A stretch of 64,000 nt of DNA from Thermoanaerobaculia bacterium. GTDB taxonomy: Bacteria; Acidobacteriota; Thermoanaerobaculia; Multivoradales; Multivoraceae. Both the position numbers and the translations under genes were made by a program. Shown here in pieces: positions 39,364 to 47,024 of the stretch. The stretch lies in the NCBI GenBank assembly GCA_963666565.1, contig OY762911.1, positions 3,200,001 to 3,264,000 on the forward strand, given 5' to 3'. How positions within the stretch are numbered: the stretch's first letter is position 1; each line of letters opens with the position of its first letter. The notes beneath the pieces were generated by a model. It ran no database searches and had not been told where the DNA came from. It worked only from the letters and a program-made list of their open reading frames with translations.

Positions 39364-39605
39364 GCGTCGGTCCGGCGGACGCGGATCCGCCGCGCCTCGG
39401 TCCGGCGCAGGCTGAGGAGCGCGCCCCGGAGCTCGTACATCGCCGGGTCGCCCAGCGGCGCCCGGCGCACGAACCGGACCGGCGCGCCGGCGCAGAAGCC
39501 GATCTCCCGGAGCCGCCTGCTTTCGGCGCCGTCGCCGCTCACCTCGGCGATCTCCACCGGCCGCTCGTCGCGGGCGTCCGACATGTCGGCCAGGGTCCGG
39601 TCCAT
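39360..39605 (-). CDS. feoA: Ferrous iron transport protein A
   Basis: RRLREIGF, RRAPLGDP and LSLRRTEA motifs. Confidence 0.92.
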   Translation of the reverse strand: MDRTLADMSDARDERPVEIAEVSGDGAESRRLREIGFCAGAPVRFVRRAPLGDPAMYELRGALLSLRRTEARRIRVRRTDA

Positions 39606-39664
39606 TTCGGACCGGGAATGTACCAGTTTCCTGAACCCCGCGACGCCGGCCGCTCAGCCGGCGA

Positions 39665-39859
39665 TCAGAGGTGCGGGTGGTTCTCGCAAGTGCACTGCGC
39701 CGAATTGCTGTACTCGCAATTGCAGCCCAACTGCAGGCACGGATCGGTATCCGGGCCGGGCCCGTCAGCCCCGAAGTCTTCGCCGCCAACGACGGTCTTG
39801 GCCTCGTCCTCCGACATCGGAGTCGGCTCGTTCCCGGTCCGGTCTTTCTCGTTCGCCAT
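39665..39859 (-). CDS. 64-aa double-glycine-leader, Cys/His-rich peptide (precursor B)
   Basis: GGAGGAG RBS. MANEKDRTGNEPTPMSEDEAKTVVGG|EDFGADGPGPDTDPCLQLGCNCEYSNSAQCTCENHPHL. Paralog of the adjacent ORF. Confidence 0.8.
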   Translation of the reverse strand: MANEKDRTGNEPTPMSEDEAKTVVGGEDFGADGPGPDTDPCLQLGCNCEYSNSAQCTCENHPHL

Positions 39860-39944
39860 CGCTACTCCTCCATCGGTTGGGGTTCGACGCTCGAAGGTGC
39901 GGACCGCCGGCCTGCCGACCGGCGCTCCGCCACTCAGTCGGCGG

Positions 39945-40151
39945 CTACATGGTGGTGTGCGAGTGTCCGTCGCAAGTGCATGCCGGCCCCCCATTCACCG
40001 TGCAAAAGCAGTCCGGCTCGTAGCACGGCTCCCCGCCGTCGAAGGGGTCTTCCACGGGGTCGGCATTGTTCTGCCCGCCGACGACGCCTTCGGCCTGATC
40101 GTCCGACATCGGGGTCGGCTGGTACCTGGTCCGGTCTTCGTTCTTCGCCAT
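39945..40151 (-). CDS. 68-aa double-glycine-leader, Cys/His-rich peptide (precursor A)
   Basis: GGAGGAGG RBS. MAKNEDRTRYQPTPMSDDQAEGVVGG|QNNADPVEDPFDGGEPCYEPDCFCTVNGGPACTCDGHSHTTM. Confidence 0.8.
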   Translation of the reverse strand: MAKNEDRTRYQPTPMSDDQAEGVVGGQNNADPVEDPFDGGEPCYEPDCFCTVNGGPACTCDGHSHTTM

Positions 40152-40347
40152 CGCTTCTCCTCCTCCGGTTAGGGGTTCCACACTCGAAGAGTCGACCTCA
40201 GGCTGGCCCGTCCAAGAGACGGTGAAGTACCTGTTAGGTGAGACTATACACGTGGTTTCTGATTCCAGAGACATTTCTGGGGCGGTTCGGGGGATGCGAC
40301 GCCGGGACGTGCCGCTGGCGGCGACTGGCGCGCCGTGTCGGGAACCG

Positions 40348-40623
40348 TGGTGCCGGAGGCGGGAGTCGAACCCGCATGGCCTAAGAGGGGCGCGGGAACG
40401 GGGCAAGTCCCCGCAGGGGACGTGCATGGCCGGGAGCCGTGGTGCCGGAGGCGGGAGTCGAACCCGCATGCCCTCAGAGAGGCGCGGGAACGGGGCAAGT
40501 CCCCGCAGGGGACATGCATGGCCGGGAGCCGTGGTGCCGGAGGCGGGAGTCGAACCCGCATGCCCTAAGAGGGGCGCGGGAACGGGGCAAGTCCCCGCAG
40601 GGGACATGCATGGCCGGGAGCCG
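40348..40623 (-). repeat. 3 x 92-bp tandem repeat containing the 3' part of tRNA-Leu(TAA)
   Basis: Units at 40348, 40440 and 40532. Each ends (sense) CATGCGGGTTCGACTCCCGCCTCCGGCACCA. Confidence 0.95.
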
Positions 40624-40712
40624 TGGTGCCGGAGGCGGGAGTCGAACCCGCATGCCCTCAGAGAGGGCGGAGGATTTTAAGTCCCCTGCGTCTGCCGTTC
40701 CGCCACTCCGGC
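40624..40712 (-). tRNA. tRNA-Leu(TAA)
   Basis: GCCGGAG acceptor, anticodon arm GGGGA-CT-TAA-AA-TCCTC, long variable arm, CCA. Confidence 0.95.
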
Positions 40713-40735
40713 TCTTGCGGCACCAACGGGAAGTC

Positions 40736-40810
40736 TGGAGGCGACGGCCGGATTCGAACCGGCGAATAAGGGTTTTGCAGACCCTCGCCTTACCACTTGG
40801 CCACGTCGCC
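40736..40810 (-). tRNA. tRNA-Cys(GCA)
   Basis: GGCGACG...AGGGT-CT-GCA-AA-ACCCT...GGTTCGAATCC...TCCA. Confidence 0.95.
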
Positions 40811-40852
40811 TCTGAGGGACTTCGCCGCCGGTCGCGCCCGGCATGGATCGCA

Positions 40853-40927
40853 TGGAGCGGGAAACGGGATTCGAACCCGCGACCCCAACCTTGGCAAGGT
40901 TGTGCTCTACCACTGAGCTATTCCCGC
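40853..40927 (-). tRNA. tRNA-Gly(GCC)
   Basis: GCGGGAATAGCTCAGTGGTAGAGC...TT-GCC-AA...TCCA; conserved Gly-Cys-Leu tRNA operon order. Confidence 0.96.
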
Positions 40928-40972
40928 GCCCGAGCGAACCGAACCGTGCAACCGGCGGGCCCTGAAGCCGCG

Positions 40973-41002
40973 AGGATACGGCCCTCCTCTGGACAGTGTC
41001 AA
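40973..41002 (-). promoter_or_regulatory. Sigma-70 promoter of the tRNA Gly-Cys-Leu operon
   Basis: TTGACA-N18-TATCCT followed by a GC-rich discriminator. Confidence 0.65.
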
Positions 41003-41085
41003 CTCGCGGGCGGCTCCGGACCGCCGGGGGCGGCGCCGCCACCGGCGAGCGGCATCGTTCGCGGACGGTCGACCCGCCCGGCGGG

Positions 41086-41505
41086 TCAGAGCCAACTTCG
41101 GCGACCGGCGTCGTCCACCGTGAAGGCGTCCCGAAAGTGGGTGAAGGTCCAGGCGCCCTCGTCCTCCGACCAAGTCGCGGCGACCACGTCGAAACGGCAG
41201 GGGCCGTGCCGGAGCGCCGACCGCTCCGGCTGGCAGAGGAAGGCCTCGGCGGCCCGGACCAGGCGGCCGCGCTTGCGGCGGTCGACCGCCGCGGCGCCGC
41301 CGCCGAAGCGCGGGTCGAACCGCGCCTTGACCTCGACGAAGCAGAGCGTGGCGCCGTCCATCGTGATCAGGTCGATCTCGCCGACCGGCGAGTCGAAGTT
41401 CCGCTCGAGGATCCGGTGGCCGCCGGCGCGCAGCAGTTCCGCGGCCGCGTCTTCGGCCTCCGCGCCGCTCAGGCGCGGCGGCGATTCCCGCCCGGCGCGC
41501 GCCAT
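41086..41505 (-). CDS. YraN family (UPF0102) nuclease
   Basis: ILERNF, GEIDLI, FVEVKAR and CRFDVVA motifs. Confidence 0.9.
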   Translation of the reverse strand: MARAGRESPPRLSGAEAEDAAAELLRAGGHRILERNFDSPVGEIDLITMDGATLCFVEVKARFDPRFGGGAAAVDRRKRGRLVRAAEAFLCQPERSALRHGPCRFDVVAATWSEDEGAWTFTHFRDAFTVDDAGRRSWL

Positions 41506-41515
41506 CGCCGCCGGC

Positions 41516-42934
41516 TCAGGACCGCTTCCAGCGGCTGCCGCCGGGCGCGTCCTCCACGACGACTCCGGCCTCGGCCAGTTCGTCGCGGATGCGGTCGGCG
41601 GCGGCGAAGTCGCGCGCCGCCCTCGCCTCGCTCCTCGCTTCGACCAGGGCGTCGATCTCGGCGTCGCTCAGGCCGCCTTCCCCGTCCACGGCGCCGGCGG
41701 CGTCCACCCAGGTGCCGGCGTCCAGCACCGCCAGCACCTCGTCGGCCCGGTCCAGGACGCCTTCCACCCGCGACCGGGCGCCGGCAGGCAGGCCGCGGTC
41801 GATCGTGCCGTTCACCTCGTGGACGAAGGTGAAGACCGCGCCCAGGGCGGCGGACGTGTTCAGGTCGTCCGCCAAAGCCGCGGCAAAGGCGCTCTCGAAC
41901 TCGCCGGCGGCCCGCTCCAGCGGCGCCGGGTCGGCCCCGTTCTCGGGCGCGTGGGCGAGCCGGAAGCGCATGTCGTCGACGCGCTTGAGCGCGCGTCCGG
42001 CCTCCGCGACCTTGTCGAACGTGAAGTCCAGTTGCTGGCGGTAGTGCACCGAGATCAGCAGGTAGCGGATCGAGCGGGCGGAGAGGCCGCGGCCGGCGAG
42101 ATCGCCCATCGTGTAGCAGTTGCCGAGCGACTTGGACATCTTCTCGCCGTCGACCGTCAGGTGCTCCGAGTGGAGCCAGTAGCGGGCAAGCGCGCAGCCG
42201 TTCGCCGACTCGCTCTGGGCGATCTCGTTCTCGTGGTGCGGGAAGAGGTTGTCGACGCCGCCGCAGTGGATGTCGAAGGTCGTCCCCAAGTACTTCTGGC
42301 TCATCGCCGAGCACTCGATGTGCCAGCCCGGCCGTCCCGGCCCCCAGGGCGACGGCCACTCCGGCTCGCCCTCCTTGGCGCCCTTCCAGAGGACGAAATC
42401 GCGCGCGTCCTCCTTGCCGTACTCGTCGCTCCGGACCCGTTCTCCCTGACGCACCTGTTCGACGTCGATGCCGGAGAGCTTCCCGTAGTCCTCGTCCGCG
42501 GCGATGCGGAAGAACACCGAGTCGTCGGCCCGGTACGCGTAACCCTCGTCCAGCAACCGCTCGATCATGGCGATCATCTCGGCGACGTGCCCGGTGGCCC
42601 GCGGATAGTGTTCCACGGGTTCGACGCGGAGTGCGGCCAGATCCTCGAAGAAGGAGTCGACGTGGGGCGCCGTGAAGTCGCCGATGTCGACCCCGGCCTC
42701 AAGCGCCGCGGCGATGATCTTGTCCTCCACGTCGGTCAGGTTCATCGCCTGGGTCACCCGGTAGCCGAAGTACCGGAGTGTCCGCCGCAGCACGTCCTCG
42801 AACAGGAACGTGCGCAGGTTGCCGATGTGGACCCGGTCGTAGACCGTCGGTCCGCAGGTGTAGAGGCGGACCTGGCCCGGCTCGAGGGGCTCGAACTCCT
42901 GCAGGCGCCGACCGAGGGAGTTGAACAGTTTCAC
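41516..42934 (-). CDS. cysS: Cysteine--tRNA ligase
   Basis: YTCGPTVY, HIGN, GRPGWHIECSAM and KMSKS motifs. Confidence 0.98.
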   Translation of the reverse strand: MKLFNSLGRRLQEFEPLEPGQVRLYTCGPTVYDRVHIGNLRTFLFEDVLRRTLRYFGYRVTQAMNLTDVEDKIIAAALEAGVDIGDFTAPHVDSFFEDLAALRVEPVEHYPRATGHVAEMIAMIERLLDEGYAYRADDSVFFRIAADEDYGKLSGIDVEQVRQGERVRSDEYGKEDARDFVLWKGAKEGEPEWPSPWGPGRPGWHIECSAMSQKYLGTTFDIHCGGVDNLFPHHENEIAQSESANGCALARYWLHSEHLTVDGEKMSKSLGNCYTMGDLAGRGLSARSIRYLLISVHYRQQLDFTFDKVAEAGRALKRVDDMRFRLAHAPENGADPAPLERAAGEFESAFAAALADDLNTSAALGAVFTFVHEVNGTIDRGLPAGARSRVEGVLDRADEVLAVLDAGTWVDAAGAVDGEGGLSDAEIDALVEARSEARAARDFAAADRIRDELAEAGVVVEDAPGGSRWKRS

Positions 42935-43164
42935 GGGGCTTCGGCGGCGGGAATGAGCGGTCGGGCGTGGGCCGCCGACAGTAGCAATGCGCGCCGGCTG
43001 CGGTCCAGAACGGAGATGCGCGGCGGTGGCTGAGGCGGGTCGGCCGCCCGCGCACGCCCGGATGCGGGCGGTGAAGTCGCGGCCGACGATCGGCAGGCTC
43101 TCGGGCGCCCGCGCACGCCCGGATGCGGGTCAGAGGACCCGCGCACCCAGCGGCGGGCGCGGCG

Positions 43165-43686
43165 TCAGAGGTTGATCGTGACGGTCCCGCCGAGCCACTT
43201 CAGAGCCAGCCGGTCGCCGAAGCTGTCGAACGCCGCCTCGTCGCCGAACTCGAAGCGGCCGCTGCCGTTCGCGGTCGCGCTGAAGCGGGCGACGAGGATC
43301 GTGGCCCCGCCCGACAGGCCGGCGACCGGTCCCAGGTGCGTGGCGCCCACGAGAAGCCGGCCGGTTCCCGCCTCCCGGACCTCCAGGCTGGGGAACGCGC
43401 CGCCGTCGTGGCTCTCGTAGCGGAGCAGGTTGGCGGGAAACAGGAGCTCGAAGCTCAGGCCGTAGAGGTCCTCGACGGCGGCGGCGTACACCTCGATCTC
43501 CAGCGTCGAGCCGGTGGCGGCGCCCCGCAGCGCGATCGCCGCATCGGCCGGCGCCGCGGCCGAAAAGTCGACTCCCCTGGCCGGCGGCGGGGGCGACGGC
43601 GACGGAGCGGTGGGGCTCCCTCCCCCGCCGTTACAGGCGAAGGCGGCAAGCGAGGCGGCGACCGTCGCTGCAACCGGAAGGCGCAC
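43165..43686 (-). CDS. Lipoprotein with a cohesin-like beta-sandwich domain
   Basis: Lipobox LAAFAC, Pro linker, DLYGLSFELLFPANLLRY and SGGATILVARF patterns. Confidence 0.55.
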   Translation of the reverse strand: MRLPVAATVAASLAAFACNGGGGSPTAPSPSPPPPARGVDFSAAAPADAAIALRGAATGSTLEIEVYAAAVEDLYGLSFELLFPANLLRYESHDGGAFPSLEVREAGTGRLLVGATHLGPVAGLSGGATILVARFSATANGSGRFEFGDEAAFDSFGDRLALKWLGGTVTINL

Positions 43687-43710
43687 GGATCGCGGCCGCC
43701 GGACCCGGTC

Positions 43711-44238
43711 TCAGGCGCCGCCGGCGACCGCCGGCTCGGGCGCGCGCAGGCGGCGGAGGAAGCTCCTGGCGCGCTGCCGGCGCAGACCCCGCAGGCGGTC
43801 CACGAACAGGATGCCGTCGAGGTGGTCCAGCTCGTGCTGGATCGCTCGCGCTTCGAGCCCCTCGGCCTCGAACTCGCGGCGATTCCCGTCCAGGTCCAGG
43901 GCGGCCACGCGAACGGCGGCCGGGCGCGTGACCCGATCGGTGAAGTCGGGAATCGAAAGGCACCCCTCGGTATCCGTGTCGACGCCCGCGGAATCGAGGA
44001 TCTCCGGGTTGACCAGCACCCGGACCGCCTCCGGGTCCACCCCCGCCGTGGCGTCCACCACCGCGACCCGCAGCTCGACGCCGACCTGCGGCGCCGCGAG
44101 CCCGACGCCCGGTGCGTCGTGCATCGTGTCGATCATGTCCCGGACCAGCCGGTTCAGGTCGGGACCGAACTCCCGGACGGGGGCGCACTCGACCCGCAGC
44201 ACGGGATCCGGGTAGAGGCGAATGGCGAGCAGGGACAT
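43711..44238 (-). CDS. def: Peptide deformylase
   Basis: GVGLAAPQVG, EGCLSIP and QHELDHLDG motifs. Confidence 0.97.
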   Translation of the reverse strand: MSLLAIRLYPDPVLRVECAPVREFGPDLNRLVRDMIDTMHDAPGVGLAAPQVGVELRVAVVDATAGVDPEAVRVLVNPEILDSAGVDTDTEGCLSIPDFTDRVTRPAAVRVAALDLDGNRREFEAEGLEARAIQHELDHLDGILFVDRLRGLRRQRARSFLRRLRAPEPAVAGGA

Positions 44239-44464
44239 GACGTGCGCGGCGGGCCGGTGCGGGGCGGCGCAATCATACGGAACGGAAAGGCGGCGGGCCG
44301 GGCGTCCACTGCAGATGACAAGGCGTCCTCACGGCGGCGCCGGCCTCTCCGCTGGGTGCGCGGGTCTTCCGACCCGCCCCACGGGTGGCGCCGCGGAGCG
44401 GCGCAGCCCGAACAACAGGGCCGCTCGGCCGGTGACGATGTCCGCAGGCCGCCTTCGGCGGCAA

Positions 44465-44565
44465 GCGGGTCAGAAGACCCGCGCACCCGGTGGGCCGGAA
44501 GACCCGCGCACCCGGTGGGCCGGAAGACCCGCGCACCCGGTGGGCCGGAAGACCCGCGCACCCGG
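44465..44565 (+). repeat. Family A REP-like copy followed by 25-bp tandem units (4 copies, the last partial)
   Basis: GAAGACCCGCGCACCCGGTGGGCCG at 44473, 44498, 44523 and 44548 (partial); inverted copy at 44354-44377. Confidence 0.9.
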
Positions 44566-44568
44566 CAC

Positions 44569-44584
44569 TGGCACGCGGATTGCT
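44569..44584 (+). promoter_or_regulatory. Sigma-54 promoter
   Basis: TGGCACGCGGATTGCT matches the consensus TGGCACG-N4-TTGCW and lies 54 nt upstream of the ATG at 44639. Confidence 0.75.
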
Positions 44585-44638
44585 CCAAGCCTGCGAGTGG
44601 TAGTTTCCATCCGTTCCGAACCCGTGGGGGACCGAGAG

Positions 44639-46933
44639 ATGAGACATCCGTTCCTGACCGTCGTCCTTGCCGTTCCGATCGCTGTCCTCGCGGCGGGCGC
44701 CGCCGGCGCCGTCAACACGCCGGGCCAGGGCCAGACCGAGGGCCTCGGCGGCGTCTACAGCTTCGTCGGCGCGCTGGAAGGGGACGCCACCCTGTTCGCG
44801 GCCCGTTCCGGCGCCCGGAGCGAACTCGAGCTTCACCTGCCGATCCTGCGCGGCGACCGGGTCTGGACGACTCCGGGCGCGCGGCTCGCAGTGCTCATGT
44901 CGGACCGTTCGATCCTGGCCCTGGACTACGACACGGAGGTGACCCTGGAACGGATCGCCGGATCGCCGGACGGCGAGGACCGCGACTCGCTCTACGTCCT
45001 CCACCGGGGCCGTTTGAGCCTGGAGGTCGAGGACCGCCTGCTCGATGCGGAACTGCCGGCGGTGGATACGGCCAACGCCAGGATCTACATGAAGCAGGGC
45101 GGCCGCTACCAGGTCCACAGCGACGGAGACCGCTGGACGGAGGTGACGGTCCTGACCGGCTTCACGGAGGTCGTGACGCAGCGGGGTTCCGTGATCGTCC
45201 GCGGCGGCGAAACGCTGGTGGCGAACGGTCTCGACAATCCCTGGATCGAGCTCCAGAGCGGCGCGGCGGCGGCCGCCGCCATGCTCGACGATTGGACCGC
45301 GGGCCACCGCGCCCGTCTCGTCGCCTACGCCGGCGTCGATGCCGGCGCGTACGGCAACGCCCTGGACGCTCATGGCGACTGGGTGGAAGTGGACGATCGA
45401 AGGGCCTGGAAGCCGCGCGTCGCAGGCGACTGGCAGCCCTACAGCCGCGGCCGGTGGACGGACACTCCCGCCGGGCTCTACTGGGTGGCCCGGGATCCCT
45501 GGGGTCCGCTCCCCTACCACTACGGCAGTTGGTCCATGCATCCGGCCTGGGGATGGCTCTGGTACCCGGGCCTGGTCTATGCGCCCAGCCACGTCTACTG
45601 GTACTGGGGGCCGTCCTACGTCGGCTGGATCCCGAGCGGCTACTACCGGCACTACTACCGGGGCCTGGGTTTCGGCCTCCGCTTCGGCCTCTACGGCTGG
45701 GCCGGCGGCCTGTGGGATCCGTTCAACTCCTGGATCTTCTGCCCGAGCGGCTACCTGGGCTACGGCCGCGGTTACACGTACGGCCGTTCCCTGCGCCGCC
45801 ACCATCCGAAGCTGGAACGCGGCCTGATCACGACGGACACGCGCGGCATCGACCGCCGCAACTGGCACGATCCGACGAGGGCACAGCGGGCCCTGCTCGG
45901 ACGGCGCAGCGGACTGGCCGGGAGCGAACTTCCGGACGTCGACAGCTTCGTGGCGCGGGGCGGCGACCTGGACCCCGCCGTCCGGACGAGGATCGTGCGG
46001 AGCAAGCAGGATCCGCCGGCCGTCTCCGTGCGCCGCGTGCCCGTTCCGGGAAGCGGCGCGGGGGCGACGAGCGTCACGGCCGGCGGCGTCCGCGCGAAGC
46101 CGTCGAGCCCGGCGAGCGCCTCGGCCGGCGGCATCCGCGCCGCGCCTTCGGGACCCACGCGCGCGACGGCCGGCGGCATCCGCGCGGCGCCTTCGAGCCC
46201 GGCGGGACGGGCGGACGTCGTGCGTGACGGCGGCGCCGGGATCCGGCGGGCCGGACGCGCTCCCGCTACACGGGACGAGGACGGCGACACGGCCACGGGC
46301 ACGACGGTCACGAGAACCGTGCCGTCGAGTCCCGGCGCGGCGCCCGCGCCGAGCCGGCGGCCGACGCCCGGCCGCCGGGTTCTGGACGCGATTCGGAGCC
46401 GGGATGGCGCCGCGACTCCCACGCGGGTGAGGTCCGCGCCGAGGACCTCGACGCCCAAGGCCGCGCCGCCGACGCGGGTGCGCTCGACGACGCCCAGGAC
46501 CGTGACGCCCGGATCGGCCCCGCCCACGCGAGTCCGGTCGACGCCGAGGACCTCGACGCCGAGGTCGGCGCCGCCTACGCGAGTGCGGTCGACGCCGCGA
46601 GCCACCACGCCCAGGTCGGCGCCGCCCACGCGCGTGAGGTCGACGCCGAGAACCTCGACGCCCAAGGCCGCGCCGCCGACGCGGATCCGGTCCGTGCCGC
46701 GGAGTTCCACGCCCAGGGCGACTCCGACGCGGGTGCGGTCCACCCCGAGGAGTTCGTCCCCGAGGAGTTCCTCGCCCCGATCGTCTTCGGCGCCGCGGAG
46801 CTACTCTCCGCCGCCGTCGTCGAGCCCGTCGAGCTACTCTCCGCCTCCCAGTTCCTCGCCATCCTCTTCGTCGCCGCCGCCGTCGTCGCCCCCTTCGGGC
46901 GGCGGCGGGCAGACGCCTCCGTTCGGGTTCTGA
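44639..46933 (+). CDS. Exported FecR-like / DUF6600-like protein with a Pro/Thr/Ser/Arg repeat tail
   Basis: Signal peptide, GDRVWT FecR-like region, WQPYSRGRW..WGPLPYHYGSW motif, about 7 copies of PTRVRSTPRxxTPxxAP. Confidence 0.75.
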   Translation: MRHPFLTVVLAVPIAVLAAGAAGAVNTPGQGQTEGLGGVYSFVGALEGDATLFAARSGARSELELHLPILRGDRVWTTPGARLAVLMSDRSILALDYDTEVTLERIAGSPDGEDRDSLYVLHRGRLSLEVEDRLLDAELPAVDTANARIYMKQGGRYQVHSDGDRWTEVTVLTGFTEVVTQRGSVIVRGGETLVANGLDNPWIELQSGAAAAAAMLDDWTAGHRARLVAYAGVDAGAYGNALDAHGDWVEVDDRRAWKPRVAGDWQPYSRGRWTDTPAGLYWVARDPWGPLPYHYGSWSMHPAWGWLWYPGLVYAPSHVYWYWGPSYVGWIPSGYYRHYYRGLGFGLRFGLYGWAGGLWDPFNSWIFCPSGYLGYGRGYTYGRSLRRHHPKLERGLITTDTRGIDRRNWHDPTRAQRALLGRRSGLAGSELPDVDSFVARGGDLDPAVRTRIVRSKQDPPAVSVRRVPVPGSGAGATSVTAGGVRAKPSSPASASAGGIRAAPSGPTRATAGGIRAAPSSPAGRADVVRDGGAGIRRAGRAPATRDEDGDTATGTTVTRTVPSSPGAAPAPSRRPTPGRRVLDAIRSRDGAATPTRVRSAPRTSTPKAAPPTRVRSTTPRTVTPGSAPPTRVRSTPRTSTPRSAPPTRVRSTPRATTPRSAPPTRVRSTPRTSTPKAAPPTRIRSVPRSSTPRATPTRVRSTPRSSSPRSSSPRSSSAPRSYSPPPSSSPSSYSPPPSSSPSSSSPPPSSPPSGGGGQTPPFGF

Positions 46934-47024
46934 GCCGCGGCGCCCGCGGCCTGGAATCGCTCTCGCCGGGATGGCCGGCAGCCGCCCCTCCGGGAACGCC
47001 GGCGACCGGCGCGGGCGGCGCACC

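Noticed and set aside
39665-40623. Prophage or integrative element at tRNA-Leu(TAA)
   Set aside because: There is no integrase, no phage genes and no distal att repeat beyond the tandem units; flanking genes are housekeeping.
44473-44565. CRISPR or iteron interpretation of the 25-bp tandem repeat
   Set aside because: There are no spacers and no rep gene; the unit derives from the dispersed family A palindrome.
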